From NCBI GenBank assembly GCA_964426415.1, contig CAYRQM010000001.1:66803-130802 (forward strand): 64,000 nt of DNA, read 5' to 3'. Below, piece by piece: positions 28,181 through 38,251 of the stretch. The stretch is from an uncultured Christensenella sp. (GTDB taxonomy: Bacteria; Bacillota; Clostridia; Christensenellales; CAG-138). The position numbers and the translations under genes were made by a program. Under the pieces are notes generated by a model. That model searched no databases. It was not told the DNA's origin and saw only the letters and a program-made list of their open reading frames with translations. Positions within the stretch are counted from its first letter, which is position 1. Every line of letters starts with the position of its first letter.

Positions 28181-30193
28181 ATGCAGATTCAAAGCAGTTT
28201 TGCCGAACCATACGACGAGCAGCAGCTCGCCCATATCGAATCCACCCACGGCGTGTCCCTGCTGTTGGCGCGTGCGCTCTGGCGACGGGGCTTGCGTGAC
28301 GACGGCGCTATCGCCGCATTTCTGCAGCCTGCCGCCGAGCCGCTGCCCGATCCGTATGCCCTTTTTGACATGTATGCTGCGGTGGCGTGCATCCGCGACG
28401 CCATCGAAAAGCGGGCGCGCATCTGCGTGTTTGGCGATTATGACTGCGACGGCGTGACCGCAACCGCCATCTTGGTGCGCAGCCTGCGTCATTGCGGCGC
28501 TGACGTCGCTGCGCACATCCCAAAGCGGGTGGGCGAAGGCTACGGCATGCGCATGGAAGCGGTGGAAGCGCTGTATCGTGACGGCGTGCGCCTGATCGTC
28601 ACGGTGGACAACGGCGTCAGCGCCCACGCGGAAGTGGCGCGCTGTCACGCGCTTGGCATGCGCGTGGTCATCACCGACCATCACCGCACTCACGCGACGC
28701 TGCCCGAAGCGGACGCAGTCGTTTGCTCATCCCGCGCGGAGCAGCCCGAATCGGTGCGCGGGCTTTGCGGCGCGGGCGTAGCGCTGCTGCTGTCCATGGC
28801 GCTGGGCACGGCGACGGACGACGATTTGGCGTTTGCCGCGCTTGCCACCGTGGCGGACGTCGTGCCGCTGGTTGGGACGAATCGCACGCTTGTGGCAAGG
28901 GGACTGCCTCTTGTGCAGCGGCAGCCGGCGCTGCTGCAGCTTCTTGTTACGGCGGGTGCGGACAAGCAGCCCGTCACCGAAACGACCCTTGCTTTTGTTT
29001 TGGCGCCGCGGCTGAACGCTGCGGGACGCATGGGCGACGCGGCACGCGCATTCGAGCTTCTTGTCACCGAAGATTCCGTTCGGCGCGATGCGTTGGCGCA
29101 GGAATTGGAGCGCGCTAACACCGATCGCCGAGAGGAGGAGCAGCGCATCTTTGAAGCGGCGCTTGCCATGGTTCCTTCGGGCGCGCAGCCAAGGGTTTTG
29201 CTGCTTTCGGGCAAAGATTGGAACGTGGGCGTCATCGGCATCGTGGCGTCCCGATTGGTCGAACGGTTCAACTGCCCCGTTCTGCTGTTTTCGGAGGCGG
29301 ACGGCGAGCTGGTGGGTTCGGGCAGAAGCGTGCCTGCCGTCGATTTGTTCGCGCTGTTGTCCGCCCACAGCACGCTGTTTTCCCGCTTTGGCGGGCACGC
29401 GCTGGCGGCAGGCGTCACCATGGCGGCGTCGTCGTTCGACGCGCTTTTCCGCGCACTGGACGCATCCATTTTGGAGGCGTTCCCCAACGGACTGCCGCCG
29501 CGCATCGTCACCTACGAAGAAACGCTTTTGACTTCCGAATGCACCGTCGCGCTGTGCGACGCGCTGCAGCGGCTGGCGCCCTTTGGCGAGGGCAATCCGC
29601 CGCCGCAGTTTCGATTGGAGGGCACGCTGTCCGAGGTCTGCACCATGGGAAAGGAACGGCAGCACCTGTCCGCCGTCCTGTCCGACGGCACGGGTTCGCT
29701 GCGGCTGGCGGCGTTTCGGCGCGGCGAACAATGCGATGCGCTCAAGCTTACGGATCGCGTGGAGATGGTGGGCACACTGCACAAGAACGTGTTCCAAAAT
29801 CGCACAAGCTGCAACGCGTACCCCATTTATCTTGGTGCGCCGCGATCCCCTGCGGTGCAGCGGTACGCCGACGCATCCTTGCGGGCGCTGGAGGGCGGTG
29901 CGCCGCTTTCCGACGAAACGATGGACGGGCTGATCGAAGCAGCGGACGCCCATCCCACCGAAGCGACGCTGCGGGAACGGTTTTGCACGCTGCGTCCGCT
30001 TCTCAAAAAGGGGCTGCCGCTGTGGGCGCTGTCCGAGGACGCGTTGGTCGATTTGCTGATTTTTTTGGAAATGGGGCTGGTTTCGGTGCAGATGGGGCAG
30101 GCAACCGAAAAAACTTGCACCGAAAAGAAACAAATTTCCGATAGCCGCTTGTATTTGCGGTGCGAAATGTTATACAATAAAAAGACATTCTGA
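28181..30193 (+). CDS. recJ: single-stranded-DNA-specific exonuclease RecJ
   Basis: LLARALWRRGL, VFGDYDCDGVTA, TVDNG, VITDHH (DHH), DHHA1 region GGHALAAG. The track start at 28043 overlaps ackA and is an extension. Confidence 0.9.
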   Translation: MQIQSSFAEPYDEQQLAHIESTHGVSLLLARALWRRGLRDDGAIAAFLQPAAEPLPDPYALFDMYAAVACIRDAIEKRARICVFGDYDCDGVTATAILVRSLRHCGADVAAHIPKRVGEGYGMRMEAVEALYRDGVRLIVTVDNGVSAHAEVARCHALGMRVVITDHHRTHATLPEADAVVCSSRAEQPESVRGLCGAGVALLLSMALGTATDDDLAFAALATVADVVPLVGTNRTLVARGLPLVQRQPALLQLLVTAGADKQPVTETTLAFVLAPRLNAAGRMGDAARAFELLVTEDSVRRDALAQELERANTDRREEEQRIFEAALAMVPSGAQPRVLLLSGKDWNVGVIGIVASRLVERFNCPVLLFSEADGELVGSGRSVPAVDLFALLSAHSTLFSRFGGHALAAGVTMAASSFDALFRALDASILEAFPNGLPPRIVTYEETLLTSECTVALCDALQRLAPFGEGNPPPQFRLEGTLSEVCTMGKERQHLSAVLSDGTGSLRLAAFRRGEQCDALKLTDRVEMVGTLHKNVFQNRTSCNAYPIYLGAPRSPAVQRYADASLRALEGGAPLSDETMDGLIEAADAHPTEATLRERFCTLRPLLKKGLPLWALSEDALVDLLIFLEMGLVSVQMGQATEKTCTEKKQISDSRLYLRCEMLYNKKTF

Positions 30194-30213
30194 TTGTGGA
30201 AAGGAGGCACAGT

Positions 30214-32394
30214 ATGGACGAGCAAGAATTGTTACAGCAATACCGCGCACGCTTTGGCGACGAGAAAGCAAAAACGATGGCGGACGCCATTGCGTTTGCG
30301 ACCCGCGTGCATTGCAACCAGCGGCGCGAGGGCGGCGAGCCGTTCATCGTGCATCCGCTGACCGTATCCTCCTACCTGCTGACCATGGGCATGGACGCGC
30401 CCACCGTGATGGCAGGCGTGCTGCACGACACCGTAGAGGACGGCGACAACATTCTCATCACCGACATCGAAACCCGCTTCGGCAAGGAAGTGGCGTTTTT
30501 GGTGGACGGCGTCACCAAGCTGACCAAGTCGGGCAAGCAGACCTACATCACCAAAAAGCAGGAGCAGTCCGAAAACCTGCGCAAGCTGTTCTTGGCAATC
30601 GCCGAGGACGTGCGCGTCGTCATCATCAAGCTGGCAGACCGCCTGCACAACATGCGCACGCTGGACTGCTGCGCGCCCGCCAAGCAGTATCGCAAGGCAA
30701 AAGAAACGCTGGAGGTCTACGCACCGCTGGCGCATCGCTTTGGCATGGGCGCCATCCGCAGCGAATTAGAAGATCTATCCTTCCGCTACATGCTGCCCGA
30801 GGAATACGAATCCGTGCGGGCGATGGTGGCGGAGCAGCAGCATGAGCGCATGGAGCTTTTGGGCTCCGCGATGGACCGCATGAAGGAGCTTTTGAAGGAG
30901 GCGGACATCGAGGGCACCGTCACGGGACGGCCCAAGCACCTCTATTCCACCTACCGCAAGATGCAGCGGCACAACTGCACCATCCACGAGCTGTACGACC
31001 TCATCGCCATCCGCATCATCGTCAACACCGTCAACGACTGCTACGGCGCGCTGGGCGTGGTACACGCGGCATGGAAACCGCTGCCGGGGCGCTTCAAAGA
31101 CTACATCGCCATGCCCAAGCCCAACCTGTACCGTTCGCTGCACACCACGCTGATGAACGCCAACGGCATCCCGTTCGAGGTGCAGATCCGCACCAAGGAG
31201 ATGCACGAAACGGCGGAATACGGCATCGCTGCGCATTGGATGTACAAAGAGGGGCGCACCGCCATGACCGAGCTGGACCGCAAGACGTCTTGGCTGAGAC
31301 AGGTCTTGGAAGCCGACGAAACGACGGAGGACAGCCGCGAATTCGTCGACAACATCCTCAAGGATTTCTTGGGCGAGTACGTCTTTGTGCTGTCGCCCAA
31401 GGGCGAGATCATCGACCTGCCCATCGGCTCCACGCCGCTGGATTTCGCCTACCGCATCCACACAAACATCGGACACCATTGCCAACACGCCCGCGTCAAC
31501 GGCAACATGGTGCGGTTGGATTATCGGCTCAAAACCAACGACGTCGTCGAAATCATCACCTCCAATTCCCAAGTCGGGCCCAGCCGCGACTGGCTTTCCA
31601 TCGTCAAAACGCAGTCCGCCAAGAACAAGATTCGGCAATGGTTCAAGCGCGAAAACCGCGAAGAAAACGTGCAGCGCGGCAGAGAAATGTTGGAGGAGGC
31701 AGCCAAGCGCCACGCGCAAACGCTGTCCACCCTGATGAAGCCCGAATACTGCAACGAGGTGCTCAAGCGGCACAACTTTACGTCGGTGGATGATATGTAT
31801 TCCGCCATTGGTTTTGGCGGCGTTTCGGCAGGGCAGATCTTGCACAAGCTGATGGACTTGCACCGCAAGGACGAGCGCTTGGAGATCATGCGCAAAAAGT
31901 TAGAGGAATCCTGTGTGGACGCCGTACAAAAGCTGCCCAGCCACCGTGCCAATCCCAAGGGCGTGTATGTGCACGGCGATACGGGGATGGCGGTGTTCTT
32001 CGGAAGCTGCTGCAACCCGCTGCCGGGCGATCCCATCGTGGGCTACATCACCCGCGGGCGCGGCGTGTCCATCCATCGCGCCGACTGCAAAAACGTCGAA
32101 AGCCTCAAGAAAGAGCCCGATCGCATCATCGAGGTCGAGTGGGCGGCAGACGAAAAAGCCGAATTCTCGGCGGCAATCCGCTTGTTCGTGGTGGACAAGG
32201 CAGGCTCTTTGATGGAGGTATCCAAGGTGCTGACAAGCCTGAACGTCAACATGACCGATCTCAAGAGCCGTTCCACCAACGAGGGCTACGCCATCATGGA
32301 AATGACCTTCACCGTCACGGGGAGCGACCAGCTCCAGATGATTCTGTCCAATCTCAAAAAGATCAAGCAGGTCATCGACGTGTTCCGCGTATAG
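30214..32394 (+). CDS. relA: bifunctional (p)ppGpp synthetase/hydrolase RelA/SpoT (Rel)
   Basis: AGGAGG RBS 6 nt before the ATG at 30214. HD domain (HPLTV..VLHDTVEDG), synthetase (RPKHLYSTYRKM, DLIAIRII, YRSLHTT), TGS, zinc-finger and ACT domains. Confidence 0.95.
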   Translation: MDEQELLQQYRARFGDEKAKTMADAIAFATRVHCNQRREGGEPFIVHPLTVSSYLLTMGMDAPTVMAGVLHDTVEDGDNILITDIETRFGKEVAFLVDGVTKLTKSGKQTYITKKQEQSENLRKLFLAIAEDVRVVIIKLADRLHNMRTLDCCAPAKQYRKAKETLEVYAPLAHRFGMGAIRSELEDLSFRYMLPEEYESVRAMVAEQQHERMELLGSAMDRMKELLKEADIEGTVTGRPKHLYSTYRKMQRHNCTIHELYDLIAIRIIVNTVNDCYGALGVVHAAWKPLPGRFKDYIAMPKPNLYRSLHTTLMNANGIPFEVQIRTKEMHETAEYGIAAHWMYKEGRTAMTELDRKTSWLRQVLEADETTEDSREFVDNILKDFLGEYVFVLSPKGEIIDLPIGSTPLDFAYRIHTNIGHHCQHARVNGNMVRLDYRLKTNDVVEIITSNSQVGPSRDWLSIVKTQSAKNKIRQWFKRENREENVQRGREMLEEAAKRHAQTLSTLMKPEYCNEVLKRHNFTSVDDMYSAIGFGGVSAGQILHKLMDLHRKDERLEIMRKKLEESCVDAVQKLPSHRANPKGVYVHGDTGMAVFFGSCCNPLPGDPIVGYITRGRGVSIHRADCKNVESLKKEPDRIIEVEWAADEKAEFSAAIRLFVVDKAGSLMEVSKVLTSLNVNMTDLKSRSTNEGYAIMEMTFTVTGSDQLQMILSNLKKIKQVIDVFRV

Positions 32395-32402
32395 GAGGCG
32401 TC

Positions 32403-32849
32403 ATGCGCGCCGTGGTACAACGGGTGACGGAAGCGTCCGTCACCATCGACAAACAAATGGTGTCCCAGATCGGGACGGGGCTTTGCGTGCTGCTGGGCGT
32501 CGATGTGCAGGACACCGCCGCCGATGCGGACTATCTTGCAGCCAAGCTTTTAGGGCTTCGCATCTTCGACGACGCGCAGGGCGTTCCCAACTGCTCCGTG
32601 GCGGAGGTGGGCGGCAGCATCCTGCTGGTGTCCCAGTTTACGCTGCTTGGTGATGCGCGCAAGGGCAAACGCCCCAGCTACATCCGCGCAGCGCGTCCCG
32701 AAACCGCCGTTCCGCTGTATGAACGCTGCATCGCGGCGCTTTCGCAAGCGGTTCCCGTCAAGACGGGCAAGTTCGGCGCCGATATGCAGGTGCGCCTTGT
32801 CAACGACGGCCCCCTTACCATCCTGTTAGATTCTTTGAAAGGCTTCTGA
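32403..32849 (+). CDS. dtd: D-aminoacyl-tRNA deacylase
   Basis: MRAVVQRV, VSQFTLLGDARKGKRPS, NDGPLTILLDS. Confidence 0.94.
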   Translation: MRAVVQRVTEASVTIDKQMVSQIGTGLCVLLGVDVQDTAADADYLAAKLLGLRIFDDAQGVPNCSVAEVGGSILLVSQFTLLGDARKGKRPSYIRAARPETAVPLYERCIAALSQAVPVKTGKFGADMQVRLVNDGPLTILLDSLKGF

Positions 32850-33493
32850 TGATTTTCGAACGCATTCCCTGCGGCCCCTTGGACGCCAACACCTATCTGC
32901 TTTCCGACGACGACGCGACGCTGCTGGCGGTCGACCCTGCCGACGCCGACGTCGTATCAAATTATTGCGCGGCGCACGGGCGCACCCTCACGCACATTCT
33001 GCTCACCCATCGCCACTTCGACCACATCGCGGGCGTGGCGGCGCTTTGCACACAAACGCATTGCAGGGTGTGCATCCACGCCGACGACGCCAAGGCGCTG
33101 TCCTCCCCAAACGTCAGCCTTTCCACCGTCATGGGGCAAAAGCAGACGCCGTGCAGCGCCACCGATTTGCTGCACGACGGCGACTGCATCCAAGCGTGCG
33201 GGCTGTGCTTGCGGGTGCTGCACACGGCGGGGCATTCGGCGGGCGGCGTCACCTTCGTTTGCGACGCGCACCAATTTGCGCTGACGGGCGACACGCTCTT
33301 TGCGGACGGGTTCGGGCGCACCGACTTGCCGACGGGCAACACGGAGGCGCTGCTCCGTTCCATCCGAGAAACCATTTTATCGCTGCCCGAATCCTATCGT
33401 CTGTATCCGGGACACGGCGCGGACACCACCGTCGCCTATGAACGGATGCACAATCCTGCCATGCAAGGAGGCTTCGGCGCATGGTACAACTAA
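32849..33493 (+). CDS. MBL-fold metallo-hydrolase (glyoxalase II-like)
   Basis: LLTHRHFDHIAG (HxHxDH), HTAGHSAGG, GDTLFADGFGRTD. TGATG junction with dtd. Confidence 0.88.
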   Translation: MIFERIPCGPLDANTYLLSDDDATLLAVDPADADVVSNYCAAHGRTLTHILLTHRHFDHIAGVAALCTQTHCRVCIHADDAKALSSPNVSLSTVMGQKQTPCSATDLLHDGDCIQACGLCLRVLHTAGHSAGGVTFVCDAHQFALTGDTLFADGFGRTDLPTGNTEALLRSIRETILSLPESYRLYPGHGADTTVAYERMHNPAMQGGFGAWYN

Positions 33494-34929
33494 TCACCAA
33501 CGCACCGCAATACGCCAACGACATCGCCGAGGAGATTCGGCTCTTTTTGGGCTTGGTAGAAATTTCGCCCGACGCGGCGGATGCACAGCTGGTGCTGACC
33601 GTGCTGTTGGACGAAGCGACGCGCACCGCACGCGGCACCGCCATGCCAAACGGCGTTTCGGCGCAGGTCTCGTTCGAGGCGGACGGCGGCGACGTGCTGG
33701 AGCGCAAGCGGCAGGAAAAGCGCGGCGTCAAGCGCGTCACCTATGCGCTGATGCAGCAGGTGTGTCCCACCGAAATGCCGTGGGGCAGTCTGACGGGCAT
33801 CCGTCCCACCAAGCTTTTGCGCGAGCTCAGCCTGCGCAATGGCGACGCCGAGGCGATTCGACAATTCCGCGAGCTCTTTTCGGTGCAGGAGGACAAGCTG
33901 CGCTTGGCGGCGACCATCTGCGGCGTGCAAAAGCCGTTCATCGCGTCGGTGCAGCCCAACGACTTGGACGTGTACATCGGCATTCCCTATTGTAAATCCC
34001 GCTGCCTGTATTGCTCCTTTGGCGCAGAGCTTGCGAACCCCAATGCGGTCGAAGCGTACCTTGTGCCGCTGTTTTCCGACATCTCCCGCGGCGCAAAGCT
34101 GCTGCACAACGGCGGTTGGCATCTGCGTGCGCTGTACATCGGCGGCGGCACGCCCACGGTGCTTTCGGCAGAACAGCTGGATCGGCTGCTGTGCCATGTG
34201 GAGGCGACCTACGGCGGCTACGGGCAGGAGTGTACGGTGGAGGCGGGCAGACCCGACACCATCACGAGGGAAAAGCTTGCCGTACTCAAATCCCACGGCG
34301 TACAGCGGCTGTCGGTCAATCCGCAGACCATGTCCGACGAAACGCTCAAGCGCATCGGACGGCTGCACACGGCGGCGCAGATTTTTGAGGCGTTTTCCAT
34401 CGCAAGGGAGATGGGGTTTGGCTCCATCAATATGGATTTGATTGCAGGCTTGCCGGGCGAAACGGAGTCCGACATGGCGCACACGCTGGAAGCAATCTCT
34501 TTGATGCGACCCGACAATCTCACAGTGCATACCTTGGCAATCAAGCGTTCCAGTCGGCTCAAGGAGCAGCTGGATCGCTATCCGCTGCCAAGCCGCCAAG
34601 CGGTGGAGCGCATGATCGACATGGGCTTTCAAACGGCGCGTGCGATGGGGCTTTGGCCGTACTATCTGTATCGGCAAAAGTACCAAAATGGCAATCTCGA
34701 AAACGTGGGATACAGCACGCCCGAAACGGTCTGCCTGTACAACATCGACATGATGGAGGAGACCACGTCCATCTTGGCGCACGGCGCAGGCGCCATGACC
34801 AAGCGCGTGTTCTTTGGCGAGAATCGGGTGGAGCGCGTCCCCAATCCCAAGGATGTGCCGACCTACGCCAACAAGCTGGACGTGCTGGACGCCCAAAAGC
34901 GCGCCTTGTTTCTGGGCGAAAAAGCTTGA
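33481..34929 (+). CDS. hemZ: radical-SAM HemN/HemZ-family coproporphyrinogen dehydrogenase-like protein
   Basis: YIGIPYCKSRCLYCSF (CxxxCxxC), GGGTPT, INMDLIAGLPGE. ~170-aa N-terminal extension typical of HemZ. Conserved position between relA-dtd and hisS. Confidence 0.75.
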   Translation: MVQLITNAPQYANDIAEEIRLFLGLVEISPDAADAQLVLTVLLDEATRTARGTAMPNGVSAQVSFEADGGDVLERKRQEKRGVKRVTYALMQQVCPTEMPWGSLTGIRPTKLLRELSLRNGDAEAIRQFRELFSVQEDKLRLAATICGVQKPFIASVQPNDLDVYIGIPYCKSRCLYCSFGAELANPNAVEAYLVPLFSDISRGAKLLHNGGWHLRALYIGGGTPTVLSAEQLDRLLCHVEATYGGYGQECTVEAGRPDTITREKLAVLKSHGVQRLSVNPQTMSDETLKRIGRLHTAAQIFEAFSIAREMGFGSINMDLIAGLPGETESDMAHTLEAISLMRPDNLTVHTLAIKRSSRLKEQLDRYPLPSRQAVERMIDMGFQTARAMGLWPYYLYRQKYQNGNLENVGYSTPETVCLYNIDMMEETTSILAHGAGAMTKRVFFGENRVERVPNPKDVPTYANKLDVLDAQKRALFLGEKA

Positions 34930-35175
34930 CAGAACGCTTCGGCATGGTATAATGTCCAAAAAGGCAACGATCGGAAGAGTATCGCAGCAGCCGCCCACAA
35001 AGAGAGCGCATCCAAGGCTGAGAGATGGCAGGGCGTCATGCGAGAAGGACAACCGTGAGCCGCGTGTCAAACGCACGCCGTTTCCCGCGTTAAGGGCAAA
35101 AGTGCGCAGCATGTCTGCGAAACAGGGTGGCACCGCGGTCTTTCCGTCCCTATGGGGGAGAGGCTGCGTTTTATT
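34926..35175 (+). promoter_or_regulatory. T-box leader with promoter upstream of hisS-aspS
   Basis: TTGACA (34926-34931), 16 nt, TGGTATAAT (34945-34953). Stem I has loop AAGAGTA // GAAGGACAA bounded by TCGCA/TGCGA and CGG/CCG. AGAGAG and GAGAGA motifs present. T-box motif AAACAGGGTGGCACCGCGG at 35120-35139, then an imperfect hairpin and GTTTTATT. Confidence 0.8.
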
Positions 35176-35193
35176 ATCAAAAGGAGAAGAACT

Positions 35194-36459
35194 ATGGCAT
35201 ACAAAGCGCCGAAAGGCACCAAGGACGTACTGCCCGAGGAAAGTTATCGCTGGCAGTACTTGGAACAAACCATTCGAGGAATCGTGCGCAAGTACGGGCT
35301 TTTAGAGGCGCGTACCCCGTGCATTGAGCATACCGAGCTGTTCCTGCGCGGCGTAGGCGACACCACCGACATCGTACAAAAAGAAATGTACACCTTCGAC
35401 GACAAGGGCGGGCGCAGCCTGACCCTCAAGCCTGAAGGCACGGCGGGCGCCGTGCGGATGTTCGTCGAGAACGGCTTATACGCCGAAGCGCAGCCCACCA
35501 AAATGTACTACCTTTACTGCCCCGTATTCCGCTACGAGCGGCCGCAAGCGGGCAGGCTGCGCGAGCATCACCAGTTTGGCGTCGAGGTGTTCGGCGCGTC
35601 GGGCGCGTCCGCCGATGCGGAGGTCATCGCCATCGCGGCAGAGCTGTTCCAAACGCTGGGCTGCACCGATTTAACCATCAAGCTCAACAGCATCGGCTGC
35701 AAAAAATGCCGCGGGCGCTATCAGGACGCGCTGCGGGCATACCTTTTGGAGCGGGAAGACGAACTGTGCGAAACGTGCCGCGAACGGCTGCAAAAGAATC
35801 CGCTGCGCGTGCTGGACTGCAAAGTCCCCGCCTGCCACGCCATCGTACAAGCGGCGCCGCACACCATGGATTATGTGTGCGACGATTGCCGCGCCCATAT
35901 GCAGACGCTGACGCACCTGTTGGACGAGATTGGCATCCACTACGAGATCGACCCGATGCTGGTGCGCGGGCTGGACTACTACACCAAGACGGTGTTCGAG
36001 ATTGTGTCGGGCATGACGGGCGCACAGGGTACGCTGTGCGGCGGCGGACGCTACGACGATCTCATCCAAGAGCTGGGCGGGCCCGCCATGCCTGCTGTGG
36101 GGTTCGGGCTTGGCATGGAACGGCTGCTGCTCATCATGGATCAGTTGGGCGTCAACATCCCCAAGCCGCTGCGCTACGACGTCATGCTCATCGGCATGGG
36201 CGACGCGGGCAAAGAAAAGGCATTTTCCTTGGCGTTCGAGCTGCGGCGGCGCGGCATTGCGGTGGACGTCGATCATCTGGATCGCAGCGTCAAGGCGCAA
36301 ATGAAATACGCGGACAAGACCGGCGCGGCGCGGGTCATGGTGCTGGGCGATGCGGAAATCGCCCAAAACGAAGCAAACCTCAAATCGATGGCGACGGGGG
36401 AACAGGTTCCCGTTCCGCTGGACGCCAACGAAATCATCAACTACATTTTGAGAGGATAA
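35194..36459 (+). CDS. hisS: histidyl-tRNA synthetase
   Basis: AAGGAG RBS. MAYKAPKGTKDVLPEE, FRYERPQAGRLREHHQFG (motif 2), GGGRYDDL, GFGLGMERL (motif 3). Confidence 0.95.
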   Translation: MAYKAPKGTKDVLPEESYRWQYLEQTIRGIVRKYGLLEARTPCIEHTELFLRGVGDTTDIVQKEMYTFDDKGGRSLTLKPEGTAGAVRMFVENGLYAEAQPTKMYYLYCPVFRYERPQAGRLREHHQFGVEVFGASGASADAEVIAIAAELFQTLGCTDLTIKLNSIGCKKCRGRYQDALRAYLLEREDELCETCRERLQKNPLRVLDCKVPACHAIVQAAPHTMDYVCDDCRAHMQTLTHLLDEIGIHYEIDPMLVRGLDYYTKTVFEIVSGMTGAQGTLCGGGRYDDLIQELGGPAMPAVGFGLGMERLLLIMDQLGVNIPKPLRYDVMLIGMGDAGKEKAFSLAFELRRRGIAVDVDHLDRSVKAQMKYADKTGAARVMVLGDAEIAQNEANLKSMATGEQVPVPLDANEIINYILRG

Positions 36460-36463
36460 GGCA

Positions 36464-38251
36464 ATGGGAGAACTGTTAAACGGCTGGAAGCGGACGTGCT
36501 ACTGCGCGGAGCTGTCCATGCAGGATGTGGGCAAAGAAGTGACCCTGATGGGGTGGACGAACGTGCGGCGCGACCTTGGCGCGCTCATCTTCGTACAGCT
36601 GCGGGATCGCACGGGACTGATGCAGGTGGTGTTCGACTCCACCAAGCTGTCCGAGGCAGATTTTGCCAAGGCGAGCACGATCCGTTCCGAATACGTTTTG
36701 GCGATTCGCGGCACCTTAGAAGAGCGCAGCGCCAAGAACGCCAACATGGCGACGGGCGACGTCGAAGTGCTGGTGAAGGAATGCAAGATTCTGTCCGCCA
36801 GCGAAACGCCGCCCATCGACACAAGCGACGCGTGCAACGCGGGTGAGCTGCTGCGGCTCAAGTATCGCTACCTCGACCTGCGGCGGCCGTGTATGCAGCG
36901 CAATCTCATGATGCGCCATCGCATCGCGCAGATTGCACGGACGTATTTCGACGAAAATGGCTTCCTCGAAATCGAAACGCCGATGCTCACCAAGAGCACG
37001 CCCGAAGGCGCGCGCGATTATCTGGTGCCCAGCCGTGTGCATCCCGGCGCATTCTATGCGCTGCCGCAAAGCCCGCAGCTGTTCAAGCAGCTTCTGATGC
37101 TCTCCGGCTTCGACCGCTACATGCAGATTGCGCGGTGCTTCCGCGACGAGGATTTGCGTGCCGACCGGCAGCCCGACTTCACCCAGATCGACTTGGAAAT
37201 GTCGTTTGTCGAAGCGAACGACGTCATGACGGTCAACGAAGGGTTCTTAAAGCGGCTGTTCAAAGAGACGCTGAATGTGGACGTTGCGCTTCCGCTGCCC
37301 CGCATCACGTGGCGGGATGCCATGGATCGGTTCGGCTCGGACAAGCCCGACACCCGCTTTGGCATGGAGCTGAAGGACGTGTCCGACTGCGTCAGCGCGT
37401 GCGGCTTTTCCGCATTCACCAACGCCATTGCGGCGGGCGGCAGCGTGCGCGGCATCGTGGCGAAGGGCGCATCGGCGCAGTTCTCCCGCAAGGAGATCGA
37501 CGCGCTGGGCGAGTTTGTCAAGACGTATCGCGCCAAGGGACTTGCGTGGATGAATTGGAAGCCCGAAGGCGTCCAGTCGCCCATTGCCAAGTTCTTGACC
37601 GAGGACGAGATGCGCGCCATCGCCGAACGGACGGATTTCCAACAGGGCGACGTGCTGTTCTTGGTGGCAGATCGAAACGACGTCGTTTGGGCTTCGCTGG
37701 GCGCACTGCGTCTGAAGCTTGCCGACAAGCTTTCGCTCATTCCCGCCAACACCTACAACCTCTTGTGGGTCATTGAGTTTCCGCTGCTCGAGTGGAGCGA
37801 GGAGCAAAACCGCTATGTAGCGATGCACCATCCCTTCACCAGCCCCATGGACGAGGACTTGGATCGACTGGAGAGCGACCCCGGTTCGGTGCGCGCCAAG
37901 GCGTACGACATCGTGCTCAACGGCGTCGAGATTGGCGGCGGTTCCATCCGTATCCACTCGACCGAGTTGCAGGAGCGCATGTTCATGGCGATTGGGTTCA
38001 CCAAGGAAGAAGCCGACAAGCGCTTCCACTATCTGTTGGAAGGCTTCCGTTACGGCACGCCGCCCCACGGCGGACTGGCGTACGGACTTGACCGCCTTGC
38101 CATGCTCATCTGCGGTACGCCCAGCATCCGCGACGTCATTGCGTTCCCCAAGGTGCAAAACGCCTCCTGCCCGCTGACCGACGCGCCCGAATTGGTCGAT
38201 CAAAAGCAGCTGGACGAGCTGCACATCGCCATCGTGGAGGATCGGACATGA
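36464..38251 (+). CDS. aspS: aspartyl-tRNA synthetase
   Basis: OB-fold N-domain, FRDEDLRADRQPDFTQID (motif 2), GAD insertion, GGSIRIH, GLAYGLDRL (motif 3). Confidence 0.96.
   Translation: MGELLNGWKRTCYCAELSMQDVGKEVTLMGWTNVRRDLGALIFVQLRDRTGLMQVVFDSTKLSEADFAKASTIRSEYVLAIRGTLEERSAKNANMATGDVEVLVKECKILSASETPPIDTSDACNAGELLRLKYRYLDLRRPCMQRNLMMRHRIAQIARTYFDENGFLEIETPMLTKSTPEGARDYLVPSRVHPGAFYALPQSPQLFKQLLMLSGFDRYMQIARCFRDEDLRADRQPDFTQIDLEMSFVEANDVMTVNEGFLKRLFKETLNVDVALPLPRITWRDAMDRFGSDKPDTRFGMELKDVSDCVSACGFSAFTNAIAAGGSVRGIVAKGASAQFSRKEIDALGEFVKTYRAKGLAWMNWKPEGVQSPIAKFLTEDEMRAIAERTDFQQGDVLFLVADRNDVVWASLGALRLKLADKLSLIPANTYNLLWVIEFPLLEWSEEQNRYVAMHHPFTSPMDEDLDRLESDPGSVRAKAYDIVLNGVEIGGGSIRIHSTELQERMFMAIGFTKEEADKRFHYLLEGFRYGTPPHGGLAYGLDRLAMLICGTPSIRDVIAFPKVQNASCPLTDAPELVDQKQLDELHIAIVEDRT

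Noticed and set aside
33490-35268. 592-aa minus-strand ORF.
   Set aside because: It is antisense to the hemZ-like gene and to the hisS T-box leader and promoter. It has no start signals and a shadow composition.
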